From: an uncultured Leptospirales bacterium
Lineage (GTDB): Bacteria; Spirochaetota; UBA4802; JAFGDQ01
Direction of reading: 5' to 3'
DNA length: 64,000 bases
NCBI GenBank assembly: GCA_964626055.1
Contig: CAZVDF010000012.1
Location: 4,972-68,971, forward strand
Within the stretch, counting starts at the first letter, position 1; the number at the start of each line of letters is the position of its first letter. Of this stretch, positions 27,467 to 37,548 are shown piece by piece. A program made the translations under genes and the position numbers. The notes under the pieces are model-generated. The model saw only the letters and a list, made by a program, of their open reading frames with translations, had not been told where the DNA came from and ran no database searches.

Positions 27467-27696
27467 GGTTCATTATTTCCCCCCTATAATATTTTTATTC
27501 CGCAGTATACGTAACCCTTTATTAGTTCATGGTGAATAATTCAGTTTAATAATTCAAAAGTTTAGCCTCCCCCATGTCCGTCGAAAATTTATGTCACATA
27601 AAAAAATGTATTATGCTTTTTGAAATTATACCGATCAATATAACAGGTGTACTTCTATGGATATTATAGAAGAAAATTAGCAAAAGAAGGGAAAAT

Positions 27697-28128
27697 ATGT
27701 TCGAATCAAGCAGTTCGTGGCGCATTAACAATCTTCTGGAGAAAGCGCTGGATGTTGAATCGCTGAGAAGAAAAGTGATCGCGAACAATGTCGCGAATGT
27801 CGATGTGCCTCACTTCAAAAGAAGCGAAGTCAACTTTGAGAGCGAATTAACAAGAGTGCTGATGGAGCAAAGCAATCCGGATAATAAACTGCCGGCAAGG
27901 CTGACCGACCCAAGGCATATACCTTTCTATATCCCGCGGGAAATTGAAAGCGTGCAGCCGAGAATAAATCTCGATTATAACACAACAGCAAGAAATGACG
28001 GCAATAACGTCGATATTGAAAAAGAAATAGTCGATTCGGCAAAAAACCAGTTAAGATACAATGCATATATTACAATGCTGAATACCAATTACAGAAATCT
28101 TAAGAACGCGATGAGGCCTGTGCCGTAA
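27697..28128 (+). CDS. flgB: Flagellar basal-body rod protein FlgB
   Basis: N-terminal rod motif (…IANNVANVDVPHFKRSEV…), 143 aa, first gene of the cluster. Confidence 0.85.
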   Translation: MFESSSSWRINNLLEKALDVESLRRKVIANNVANVDVPHFKRSEVNFESELTRVLMEQSNPDNKLPARLTDPRHIPFYIPREIESVQPRINLDYNTTARNDGNNVDIEKEIVDSAKNQLRYNAYITMLNTNYRNLKNAMRPVP

Positions 28129-28149
28129 ACGATATTAAGGAGATAATTT

Positions 28150-28608
28150 ATGGGAATGTTCACTGAATTAAATATAGCCGCAACAGGACTGACAGCACAG
28201 AGACTCCGCATGGATCTCATAAGCAGCAACCTGACAAACGCAGGAACTACCCGCACGCCCGAGGGCGGGCCGTACAGAAGAAAACGGGCAGTATTTGCTC
28301 CCGTTAATGTTCGCCCTTTCTACAAATCCCCATTAGTGCCCGGCAGGGTCGACCATGGACCGGGGCAGGGAGTGAGAGTAGTTAAGATAGAAGACGACCG
28401 GAAGCCATTCCGGCTTGTATACGACCCCACACATCCGGACGCCATAAAGATCGGCGAAAAAAAAGGCTATGTTGAAATGCCGAACATCGATGTCGTGACA
28501 GAAATGGTGGATCTGATTTCGGCATCCAGATCCTATGAAGCAAATGTTATGATGATCAACAACACCAAGGCGATGTTCGGGAAAGCGCTGGAAATCGGCA
28601 GAGCGTAA
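28150..28608 (+). CDS. flgC: Flagellar basal-body rod protein FlgC
   Basis: …AATGLTAQRLRMDLISSNLTNAGTTRT… and C-terminal …SRSYEANVMMINNTKAMF…. Confidence 0.85.
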   Translation: MGMFTELNIAATGLTAQRLRMDLISSNLTNAGTTRTPEGGPYRRKRAVFAPVNVRPFYKSPLVPGRVDHGPGQGVRVVKIEDDRKPFRLVYDPTHPDAIKIGEKKGYVEMPNIDVVTEMVDLISASRSYEANVMMINNTKAMFGKALEIGRA

Positions 28609-28674
28609 TACCATTTATCCCAACCCCCCCCTTAAGGGGGGTTTGGGGGGCCAGTTAATAAAAGGAGAAAAAAT

Positions 28675-28818
28675 ATGAATAAAGAAAAAATAGGAGAAAA
28701 GGAAATAAATCTTTCGCATGATATTTCCGGAAGAAAAAACGTAAGAAAGGAAAGACTCGAGCCGCGTGAAGGGCATTATCAGAAAACTTCAGTCTGGCAG
28801 AATTTAAAATCGGCATAG
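28675..28818 (+). CDS. Small hypothetical ORF (47 aa, basic/hydrophilic) between flgC and fliE
   Basis: Strong RBS AAAGGAG 7 nt upstream of the ATG. Not in the ORF track (<60 aa). No recognisable family. Confidence 0.25.
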   Translation: MNKEKIGEKEINLSHDISGRKNVRKERLEPREGHYQKTSVWQNLKSA

Positions 28819-28865
28819 GGATCATCACAGGCCAATAATAATATTAGAAAAATCGAGGTATTTAA

Positions 28866-29204
28866 ATGAATACGATCGCAAATAAGGCAATGGGCAGTAT
28901 AGTAACTATGAAGACGACCCACCCGCTTCATTACACAGGCATAAATGAAGAACAAAAAACCGAAAGACAGGCGGATGATGTAACGGGTACTTTCGCGGAT
29001 GCCCTCATGAAAGCCGTCGGGAACGTTAACAATCTATTGTCCGAGTCCGACGAACTGAGCCAGAAGATGATACACGACCCGGCATCGGTCGATATACATA
29101 CTGTAATGATCGCAGCCCAGAAAGCCGAGATAGCTCTCAACTTTACAAAAGCAGTCAGAGATGAGGCGATAAGATCATACAGGGATTTAATGAACTTAAG
29201 GTAA
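28866..29204 (+). CDS. fliE: Flagellar hook-basal body protein FliE
   Basis: 112 aa, C-terminal …ALNFTKAVRDEAIRSYRDLMNLR typical of FliE. Confidence 0.8.
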   Translation: MNTIANKAMGSIVTMKTTHPLHYTGINEEQKTERQADDVTGTFADALMKAVGNVNNLLSESDELSQKMIHDPASVDIHTVMIAAQKAEIALNFTKAVRDEAIRSYRDLMNLR

Positions 29205-29355
29205 CATAGTCATGATGTATACCGAACATCCGAAATTTCCGGCGAAATTTACGAAACTGTATTTTTTTTATATAACTAAAATTTTACTTTACAAATTTTT
29301 TTATTTGTGTGAAAAATGTATTATGTCGCATATCATGAATTTGGAGGGATAATTC

Positions 29356-31056
29356 ATGGGTGAATTCCTAAAAAAGATATATACTCAGCTGAAAGACGTT
29401 TTTTCCAAGCTCGATAAAACAAAAAAAATAATAACCTTCGCGGTTCTCGGAGTAGTCCTTATTTCATTTATAGTGCTTTTCTCCGTTTCAGGCAGCAAGG
29501 GAAACGTGCTTCTCTTCAGCGAACTTACATCGGAAGATTTCGGCCAGGTGACCAAAAAGCTGGAAGAAATGGGCTATTATTACACTACCTCCGGGACAAC
29601 GAACATCTTTGTCCGTCCCGAACAAAGGGAACTCTTAATGACGCGACTTGCCCAGGAAAACATGATCCCTAAAGGCATACCCGGATGGAAACTCTTTGAC
29701 CTTTCGAACTGGACGGAAACCAACAGGGAACTGGACGTCAAATACATGAGGGCCCTCCGCGATGAGATCAAAAAGCATATCGAGTCCTTAAAAAATATCG
29801 ATAAAGCCGATGTCGACATCGCTATAACACAGGACGAGCTTTTCAAAGACAAAGACAATCCCTACACCGCCGCCGTTACCGTTCATCTCGCGCCCGGTTA
29901 TGACAAGCTGAGCAAAAAAGAAATAAAAGGCATAATGTACCTGGTTTCAAGAGCCGTAGGCGGAAAACTGAAACCGGAAAATGTGACAGTTACGGACGAT
30001 CACGGAAATATCATTTCAGAATTCGACGATGATATGGATAAGGCAAAAGCCGAATATTCGCTTGTGGAAAGCCGCAGGAAGATAGAAGAAAAAGCCAGGG
30101 TGCAGCTCTTAAAAGACATCAGGGACGGCCTTGAAAGGATATATTCGCCCGACAGAATTCAGGTTGTAAGACTCAACATGGGATTCAACTGGGATGTCGT
30201 CGCGGAGGATAAGGAAGAGTACACTCCAATTGAAATGGAACCGGACAATCCGACAACCCCGTATTCCGAACGAAAAGTAAAAGACTCTTTCGTGGTTTCC
30301 GAGAAATCCACAGCGGAAGATTTCCAGGGGCACGGCTGGAATCCTCAAGGGCCGGCAGGGACTGAAAGCAACACTCCCCCGGGATACAAGGCGAGCGATG
30401 ACCAGTTCTCAAAATACAATAAACAGGAGAATGTCAGAAATTACGTTGTAAACAAGTCGTTAAAAAAGATACAGCGCGAGCCATATAATATCACGAGCCT
30501 GTCGGTGGCAATAGCCATTGACGGCAACCAGAGCCTGCCTAAAACGCTGGATGGCGACGTAGATACCGATCCGTCAAAACCTCCTGTTCAGGTTGCTCTT
30601 ACAAAAGAAGAGCTCAAGCAGGCGGAGAACATTGTAAAAAAATCCATAAACTTCAAAGAAGCCCGCGGAGATCAGGTTGCTGTGGAAAATATAATGTTCG
30701 ACAGGACAAAACAGTGGCAGGACATGCGCGAAGAGTTCCTTAAGAAAGAAAGGCTAAGAAAAACGCTTCTCGCAGCTTTGATCGGAGTTTTTGCCCTTGT
30801 TCTGGGTATAATATTATTCAGGTTCATATCCAGAGAGCTTACAAGAAGAAGAAGATTAAGAGAAGAGCAGCTGGCTCTGGAACAGCAAAAAATGCGCGAA
30901 GCTGCTCTCAGGGCTGCAGAGGAGGAAGGAGTCGATGTCGAGCTCTCGCTTGAAGAAAAAGCAAGGCTCGAGCTGCAGAAGAACGCGGTTAATCTTGCAA
31001 AAGAAAGGCCGGAGGAAGTCGCTCAGCTGTTAAAGACATGGCTGGCTGAAGAATAA
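29356..31056 (+). CDS. fliF: Flagellar M-ring protein FliF
   Basis: 566 aa, N-terminal TM, periplasmic YscJ/FliF domain, second TM near the C-terminus, charged C-terminal tail. Confidence 0.9.
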   Translation: MGEFLKKIYTQLKDVFSKLDKTKKIITFAVLGVVLISFIVLFSVSGSKGNVLLFSELTSEDFGQVTKKLEEMGYYYTTSGTTNIFVRPEQRELLMTRLAQENMIPKGIPGWKLFDLSNWTETNRELDVKYMRALRDEIKKHIESLKNIDKADVDIAITQDELFKDKDNPYTAAVTVHLAPGYDKLSKKEIKGIMYLVSRAVGGKLKPENVTVTDDHGNIISEFDDDMDKAKAEYSLVESRRKIEEKARVQLLKDIRDGLERIYSPDRIQVVRLNMGFNWDVVAEDKEEYTPIEMEPDNPTTPYSERKVKDSFVVSEKSTAEDFQGHGWNPQGPAGTESNTPPGYKASDDQFSKYNKQENVRNYVVNKSLKKIQREPYNITSLSVAIAIDGNQSLPKTLDGDVDTDPSKPPVQVALTKEELKQAENIVKKSINFKEARGDQVAVENIMFDRTKQWQDMREEFLKKERLRKTLLAALIGVFALVLGIILFRFISRELTRRRRLREEQLALEQQKMREAALRAAEEEGVDVELSLEEKARLELQKNAVNLAKERPEEVAQLLKTWLAEE

Positions 31057-31255
31057 CATTTTGAAATTGTCAAATACTGGATAATAATAATATCCAATTG
31101 ATTATATAAACGAAGATTGTATTTTAAAAAACTAAGTTGACTGCTGAATCATCCGATATATATTATTATAAAGGAATATTTTAAAATAATATTTGTTTTT
31201 TTATTTAAAAGCAATTATAATTATAAATGCCGGATTGAAAAAATGAGGTAGAAGG

Positions 31256-32272
31256 ATGCTTCAATCCAAAAAATCACAGCTGACCGGAAGGCAAAAAGCC
31301 GCGGTATTCCTTGTCTCTCTGGGCTCCGAAGTATCATCCGAAATCTTTAAACACATGCGCGAAGATGAGATCGAGCAGCTCACTTTCGAGATCGCGAGGC
31401 TGGACAAAGTTGAGTCGGACGATAAAGATAAGGTCCTGATGGAATTCCAGGAAATGATGATGGCGCAGGGCTTTATATCCTCGGGGGGGATCGATTACGC
31501 GCGCGAAGTGCTCGAAAGAGCCCTGGGGACACAGAAAGCCATTGACATTGTAAACAGGCTCACATCGTCGCTTCAGGTAAGGCCGTTCGATTTTATCAGA
31601 AGAACGGATCCGAGCCACCTGCTGAACTTCATCCAGGGAGAGCATCCCCAGACGATCGCCCTCATATTATCGTACCTGGAGCCCAACAAGGCGGCGCTCA
31701 TACTCGGAGGGCTGAGCCATCAGATACAGGCGGACGTAGCCAGAAGAATAGCGACAATGGACAGAACTTCGCCCGACGTTCTCCGTGAAGTTGAAAGAGT
31801 ACTTGAAAGAAAACTATCGACACTCGCAAGCGAAGATTACACTTCGGCAGGCGGTATCGACGCAATAGTTGAAGTTCTTAACCAGGTTGACCGCGGTACC
31901 GAGAAAATAATCATCGAAGCTCTTGAAGAGGAAGATCCGGAACTGGCGGAAGAGATCAAAAAGAGAATGTTCATATTCGAAGATATCGTGCTTCTCGACG
32001 ACAGGTCTATCCAGAAGGTTCTACGCGAAGTCGACAACCAGGATCTCGGCAAGGCGCTCAAGGGGGTCGATGCCGAAGTCCAGGAAAAAATCTACAGGAA
32101 TATGTCCAAAAGAGCCGCATCCCTGCTCCGTGAGGATATGGATTTTATGGGTCCCATCAGGCTGCGTGACGTTGAAGAAGCACAGCAGAAGATCGTCAAT
32201 ATCATAAGAAAGCTTGAAGAGGCCGGAGACATTATAGTGGCGAGAGCCGGCGAGGAGGAATTGATTGTCTAA
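31256..32272 (+). CDS. fliG: Flagellar motor switch protein FliG
   Basis: 338 aa. N-terminal (…AAVFLVSLGSEVSSEIFKHM…), middle and C-terminal domains with the charged torque helix. Confidence 0.9.
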   Translation: MLQSKKSQLTGRQKAAVFLVSLGSEVSSEIFKHMREDEIEQLTFEIARLDKVESDDKDKVLMEFQEMMMAQGFISSGGIDYAREVLERALGTQKAIDIVNRLTSSLQVRPFDFIRRTDPSHLLNFIQGEHPQTIALILSYLEPNKAALILGGLSHQIQADVARRIATMDRTSPDVLREVERVLERKLSTLASEDYTSAGGIDAIVEVLNQVDRGTEKIIIEALEEEDPELAEEIKKRMFIFEDIVLLDDRSIQKVLREVDNQDLGKALKGVDAEVQEKIYRNMSKRAASLLREDMDFMGPIRLRDVEEAQQKIVNIIRKLEEAGDIIVARAGEEELIV

Positions 32273-33191
32273 GTTAGTTTTTAAACCGAAAGAAATCAAA
32301 TATGTCCAGAGTTTTAAACAGATTGAACTTCCGGAAAAATATCAGAAAAACGTCATTTCAGATGAAGAATATAAAGAGTTCGAAGTAGACGAGCAGGGCA
32401 ATCCAATCGACGTTTATCAGGGCCCCTCAATCGAGGAAATGGAAGCCGAACTCGAGCGTTACAGAAGAGAAACCGAAGAAGAAGTCCGCAAACTGCTGGC
32501 AGAAGCGAAGGAAAAAGAAAAAGCCATTATTGAGAACGGCAAAGCATCCGCGTTCAAAGAATTGCAGGAAGCCAAAGAACAGATAAAGGCGGAAAGAGAA
32601 AAATTCAAGATAGAAACCGACCAGGAAATCGAGCGTGGAAAATACGAAGCCGAAAAAATGATAAAGGAAGCCGAGCTCAAGGTCTCGGAGATAGAACACC
32701 AGGCGTATAAAAAAGGATACGAAGCGGGCCGCGAAGAAGGTTACAAGGAAGGCCAGGCGGAGGTCATGAGACTTATCGACAGGCTCGGTACCATAGTTTC
32801 AACGGCGGTCGACATAAGGGACGACATTATAAGATCATCCGAAAAACTCATGACGGACATGATACTGATGATATCGAGGAAAGTAATTAAAGACGAAATA
32901 GTTGAAAGACGGGAAGTCGTCATTAATAACATCAAGGAAGCCATTCAGAGAGTCAAGGACAGAGACAGGATAGATATACGGGTTAATTTCGCCGACCTCG
33001 ACATGACCACAGCCCATAAAGACGAGCTGATTAAAATGATGGATTCACTGAAGAAAGTAAATATATACGAAGACAACAGGGTAGACAGAGGCGGCTGCAT
33101 AATCGAAACGGACGTAGGCGCCATTGACGCGAGAATTTCGACTCAACTCGATGCCGTTGAAGAGTCGATCAGGAGCGCAATAACTCTTTAA
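32265..33191 (+). CDS. fliH: Flagellar assembly protein FliH (export ATPase regulator)
   Basis: Glu/Lys-rich coiled-coil N-terminus, C-terminal FliH domain, position between fliG and fliI. Confidence 0.7.
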   Translation: MSKLVFKPKEIKYVQSFKQIELPEKYQKNVISDEEYKEFEVDEQGNPIDVYQGPSIEEMEAELERYRRETEEEVRKLLAEAKEKEKAIIENGKASAFKELQEAKEQIKAEREKFKIETDQEIERGKYEAEKMIKEAELKVSEIEHQAYKKGYEAGREEGYKEGQAEVMRLIDRLGTIVSTAVDIRDDIIRSSEKLMTDMILMISRKVIKDEIVERREVVINNIKEAIQRVKDRDRIDIRVNFADLDMTTAHKDELIKMMDSLKKVNIYEDNRVDRGGCIIETDVGAIDARISTQLDAVEESIRSAITL

Positions 33192-33253
33192 AAGATAATT
33201 CCCGCGGCCGGCCGCGGGGTTTCTTTTAATGCATAATGAGACATAACGCCCTC

Positions 33254-33357
33254 ACCCCCCCCCCTAACCCCCGGAGGGGGCATGCGGTCTCTGAAATTTT
33301 GATTGCGAATTATAAAATTTATAACAAGACGGTGCCCCCTCAGGGGGATAGGGGGTC
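33254..33357. repeat. Inverted pair of GC-rich palindromic units (CCCCCTAACCCCCGGAGGGGGCATG … GGTGCCCCCTCAGGGGGATAGGGGGTC) in the fliH-fliI spacer
   Basis: The unit GTGCCCCCTCCGGGGGATAGGGGG recurs at 34971-34997, 39082-39109 (rc) and 39374-39398. Confidence 0.5.
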
Positions 33358-33469
33358 GAAAAGACATCCGCGATAAAATGTAAGTATTGCCGCTGGATGA
33401 GAATATAAGTAGCTGACCCAAAGTTGCAATTAGCAAAATTGTGCCAGTTAAGTTAATAGGGACTAAATA

Positions 33470-34870
33470 ATGATACAAATTCTTCCACATGAAAAAATCG
33501 ACATACTCTCAAAGTATAAAGACCTGATAAACCAGACGGAGGTCATTAAATTCACAGGGAGGGTCGAAAGGATTGTGGGGCTCACCATCGAATCCAGGGG
33601 CCCGGTTGTCAAACATGGAGAGCTGTGCAGAATAGAGATCGAAAACGGCGAACCTTTATATGCCGAGGTAGTCGGCTTTAACAAGGACAGAATTGTACTG
33701 ATGCCGATAGGCGAAATGAAAGGGGTCATTGCGGGGGCCGAAGTTATTGCCGCAGGATCATCTCTCTCCGTGCCTGTAGGCAATGAACTCCTCGGCAGAG
33801 TTATAAACGGGCTGGGCAAGCCTCTTGACGGTAAAGGAGAGATATTCACTAAGGAAAGGTATCCGGTTATCGGTAAAACACTGAACCCCCTTGTCAGGAG
33901 CATTATTGATAAACCGCTTTCTGTCGGCATAAGAGCAATAGACGGTCTTATCACCGTAGGCAAGGGCCAGAGAATAGGTATTTTTTCCGGCTCAGGCGTC
34001 GGTAAATCCATTCTGCTGGGAATGATAGCCCGTTATACCTCAGCCGATATAAACGTGATCGTTCTGATAGGAGAACGAGGCCGAGAGGTAAGAAATTTCG
34101 TTGAAAGAGAGCTGGGCGAAGAAGGGCTGAAACGCTCCGTAGTAGTCGTGGCGACATCCGACCAGCCTCCCATGCTGAGGATAAGGGGCGCTTTTCTCGG
34201 ACATGCGCTTGCAGAATACTTCAGGGACAAGGGCAGAGACGTCAACCTTATGATGGACTCTGTGACAAGGTTCGCGCTTGCTCAAAGGGAAGTCGGCCTT
34301 GCCGCAGGCGAACCTTCGGCAACCAGGGGCTTTCCTCCGTCTGTATTCTCCCTGCTGCCCAGGCTGCTCGAACGTTCCGGCACCAGGGAAGGGCACGGAA
34401 GCATAACAGGTTTCTACACAATACTCGTCGAGGCCGACGATATGAACGAGCCCATCGCAGACGCGGTGAGAGGAATTCTGGACGGGCACATAGTGCTCGA
34501 CCGCAACCTGGCCAACAGGGGTCATTACCCTGCTATAGATGTTCTGGGCTCGGTATCGAGATGCATGCGCGACGTAATCGACAAAGAACACCAGAAATCG
34601 GCAAGCCAGTTCCGGGAGCTTATGGCCGCCTATAAAGATGCGGAAGACCTCATAACGCTCGGCGCGTACGCGAAAGGATCGAATGCATTGATAGACAGGG
34701 CGATAGAAATGATCGGGAACATAAACGCGTTTTTAAAGCAGGATATGTATGAGAGAGATACGTTCAATGAAATTATAAAAAAATTAAAAGGATTATTTGT
34801 TCAGGAAGCTCCGCGGCCAAGGTCAGATCTGGCAAATCAGAGGCGGCCGTTTGCCCCTGCGAAAAGATAG
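33470..34870 (+). CDS. fliI: Flagellum-specific ATP synthase FliI
   Basis: Walker A GSGVGKS, Walker B, F1/T3SS ATPase core, 466 aa. Confidence 0.9.
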   Translation: MIQILPHEKIDILSKYKDLINQTEVIKFTGRVERIVGLTIESRGPVVKHGELCRIEIENGEPLYAEVVGFNKDRIVLMPIGEMKGVIAGAEVIAAGSSLSVPVGNELLGRVINGLGKPLDGKGEIFTKERYPVIGKTLNPLVRSIIDKPLSVGIRAIDGLITVGKGQRIGIFSGSGVGKSILLGMIARYTSADINVIVLIGERGREVRNFVERELGEEGLKRSVVVVATSDQPPMLRIRGAFLGHALAEYFRDKGRDVNLMMDSVTRFALAQREVGLAAGEPSATRGFPPSVFSLLPRLLERSGTREGHGSITGFYTILVEADDMNEPIADAVRGILDGHIVLDRNLANRGHYPAIDVLGSVSRCMRDVIDKEHQKSASQFRELMAAYKDAEDLITLGAYAKGSNALIDRAIEMIGNINAFLKQDMYERDTFNEIIKKLKGLFVQEAPRPRSDLANQRRPFAPAKR

Positions 34871-35059
34871 ATAGCTATTTTAACTCATCCGCCTAATCCC
34901 GTGCGGAGCCTCCCCTTGGGACAAAGGAGACAGCAGTTATGAAGATTAAATGATGAACTTTTTCCAAGATGGTGCCCCCTCCGGGGGATAGGGGGTCAAA
35001 AGTCAATGATTAAAAAAGAAGAATATATTTTAATAATATAAAAGGTCAACCAGATCTTT

Positions 35060-35524
35060 ATGAAAAAATTCCAGTTTAAACTGTACAGGCTTCTGGATAT
35101 ACGCGCGGCAAAGGAAAAACAAATAAAGAACGAACTCGCGGAGCTTGTGAATATTCAGAATAAAGAAAGGACAAAACAGCTGGAATTGCGTCAAAAAATG
35201 GCACAAAGAAAAAAAGCCTTAAAAGAGACCATGGAAAAGAAAATTTTTTCCTATAATGAAGTAATAATTTACGAAAAATTTACCGACAACGCGAACAAAG
35301 CTATAAATATTGCGGAAACAAAAATACAGCAGATGGAGCCTGCGATTCAAAAGGTAAGGGAAAGACTTATTGAAGCTTCTAAAGAGAAAAAGGTAGTCGA
35401 GAAACTCAAGGAAAGAAAATACAGGGAATATTTATATAAGCTGAACAGGGAAATAGCAAAAGAAAACGACGATATGAACCAAAAAATCTACCATAAAAAA
35501 ATGGCAGACGATTTATATCAGTGA
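35060..35524 (+). CDS. fliJ: Flagellar export chaperone FliJ-like coiled-coil protein
   Basis: 154 aa, all-helical coiled coil, position after fliI. Confidence 0.5.
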   Translation: MKKFQFKLYRLLDIRAAKEKQIKNELAELVNIQNKERTKQLELRQKMAQRKKALKETMEKKIFSYNEVIIYEKFTDNANKAINIAETKIQQMEPAIQKVRERLIEASKEKKVVEKLKERKYREYLYKLNREIAKENDDMNQKIYHKKMADDLYQ

Positions 35525-35613
35525 AATGATAATTTAGTTCGGAAGAACTTAAAACTGATGAAAAATATTTTTAAATCCTAATTCCATTTTATTTAAGAGA
35601 GGAGGGACATTTA

Positions 35614-36165
35614 ATGCTTCAGGACCTTAATAAAGTATTGGACAGGATCAATGAGATCCAGAGACGCTTTAATCATAAAAGGAATTACTCTTTTAATATT
35701 GAAAATCATGCTGCAAATAAAAATTTCTCCGAGACATTAAACGATCAGATATCGAACAACAATAATAAAGAGATGCCTGCTTCTATGATAAAGGATATAG
35801 CAAAAGGTTATGCGGTAAAAAACGGCCTGCCGCCGGCCCTGGTTGACGCTGTAATAAAGGTGGAATCGGGATACGATCCCAAAGCGGTTTCGAAAAAGGG
35901 AGCTGCCGGTCTTATGCAGATTATGCCGGAAGCCTTAAAGGACATGCGGATATCCAATCCTTTCAATGTTGAAGACAATATTCAGGCAGGGGTTAATATT
36001 TTAAAAAAACTGATGAATAAATACGATTGGGATCTCAAAAAGGCTCTTGCTGCTTACAATGCGGGCGAAAAAGCCGTGGATAAAAACGGAGATATTCCTC
36101 CGATAAAAGAAACAAAGGAGTATGTACAGAAGGTTTTAGACGCATATATACAAAATATAAAGTAG
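35614..36165 (+). CDS. Flagellum-associated lytic transglycosylase (SLT domain)
   Basis: SLT motifs: VESGYDP (catalytic Glu), AAGLMQIMP, AYNAG. Confidence 0.7.
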   Translation: MLQDLNKVLDRINEIQRRFNHKRNYSFNIENHAANKNFSETLNDQISNNNNKEMPASMIKDIAKGYAVKNGLPPALVDAVIKVESGYDPKAVSKKGAAGLMQIMPEALKDMRISNPFNVEDNIQAGVNILKKLMNKYDWDLKKALAAYNAGEKAVDKNGDIPPIKETKEYVQKVLDAYIQNIK

Positions 36166-36179
36166 AATGGAAGTGAGTT

Positions 36180-36779
36180 ATGAAAATCACAACTGAAAAA
36201 GCAAAAATCATTTATCTAATTATTCTGATAATATTTATCATGGTAGTCGGCGTATTCTGGCTCGATTATATAGGCATGATCAACATGAATAAAGTCATAA
36301 GATCATATACCGATCGCGACGCCGCTTCGGTAGTGAACGCATCTGATGACGAGCCGTCGCTGATAGAGCGCGAAGAATTCGAAAAACAGAAAGAAAAAAT
36401 GAATGAAAGGATTGAAGAGCTGGATAAACGGGAAGCGAAAATCGAACAGACGGAAAAAGAGCTTGATAAAGAAAAGGAGAAACTCCAGGAAATAAGAAAA
36501 GGGCTGAACTTAGAAAAAGAGAAGATAGAAAAAGAAAAGAAAATGTATTCGGGCTACAGGAAAAATGTGGTAGACCTGGCACAGAAGATCTACAGCATGA
36601 GGCCCGACGAAGCGATACAGATAATCCTTAACTGGGAAGATCCTCTGATTATTGATGTCCTGAGGCAGATAGACGCGGACGCGGCGGACGCCGGCAAAAT
36701 GAGTATTTCATCTTACCTTATTTCACTGATGCCCAGGGACAGGGCCAGCAGGGTAATGTATTTGATGACACAGCTGTAA
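36180..36779 (+). CDS. Membrane-anchored coiled-coil protein of the flagellar operon (YlxF/MotE-like, MgtE-N-like C-terminus?)
   Basis: N-terminal TM, E/K-rich coiled coil, C-terminal helical domain. Assignment by position and composition only. Confidence 0.3.
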   Translation: MKITTEKAKIIYLIILIIFIMVVGVFWLDYIGMINMNKVIRSYTDRDAASVVNASDDEPSLIEREEFEKQKEKMNERIEELDKREAKIEQTEKELDKEKEKLQEIRKGLNLEKEKIEKEKKMYSGYRKNVVDLAQKIYSMRPDEAIQIILNWEDPLIIDVLRQIDADAADAGKMSISSYLISLMPRDRASRVMYLMTQL

Positions 36780-36786
36780 TTCCGGA

Positions 36787-37548
36787 ATGCGACCTAATTC
36801 ATTTATTTTTATCTCGTTAATTATTGTCAATATACTTTATACTGCCTCATCTGCGGCGGATACCGACCTTGCGCTTTTCAAAGAAATAATCGATGCAAAC
36901 ACAGGCATAAGATCGATAGATGCGGAAATAATCCAGTATATAAATACGCCGGAACATTCAAGGGAAGTTTATAAAGGAAGATACATCGCAGATGACAAAG
37001 GACGTTTCAGGATCGATTATAATATCCCCTCCCGTCAGGTTGTTTTGAATACCGGGAAATCAGTTTACTGGTTTTTCCCCGGGGATAATATTCTCTATAT
37101 AATAGGGAACGAGAAAGCAGCCCCGAAAGAACCAAAAGTCAATCCGCTTCAGGAATTTAAAAACAGGGAGTTCGAAAATCAGTTTAAAGTAAATTACCGC
37201 GGCAAGCGTTTTTACGGATTTTTCAATACCGCGTATGAATTCAGGATTGAAGACATTAAAAACGAACTGAATTTTGAGATACGCGTCGACCCGAAAAATA
37301 AAGTGCTGCTTTCCAAGATCGTCACGAACAGATCCGGCCAGGAAATAATCAGGGAATTATACGAAAACTATAAAAATATAAAGGATACGTTTTTTCCTGC
37401 GAGGGTAGATGTTTTCGCAAGAACCGGTGAAGGCATTACCAGAAACACTACCGAATATTCAAATATACGCTTGAATTATTCAGTACCTGAAAATATATTT
37501 CATATAAAATTCCCCGAAAATGTAAAGAAAAAATATCTACAGCAATGA
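36787..37548 (+). CDS. Secreted protein, LolA-like/outer-membrane lipoprotein-carrier-like fold (tentative)
   Basis: Signal peptide. 253 aa. Beta-rich with alternating pattern. Weak resemblance only. Confidence 0.3.
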   Translation: MRPNSFIFISLIIVNILYTASSAADTDLALFKEIIDANTGIRSIDAEIIQYINTPEHSREVYKGRYIADDKGRFRIDYNIPSRQVVLNTGKSVYWFFPGDNILYIIGNEKAAPKEPKVNPLQEFKNREFENQFKVNYRGKRFYGFFNTAYEFRIEDIKNELNFEIRVDPKNKVLLSKIVTNRSGQEIIRELYENYKNIKDTFFPARVDVFARTGEGITRNTTEYSNIRLNYSVPENIFHIKFPENVKKKYLQQ

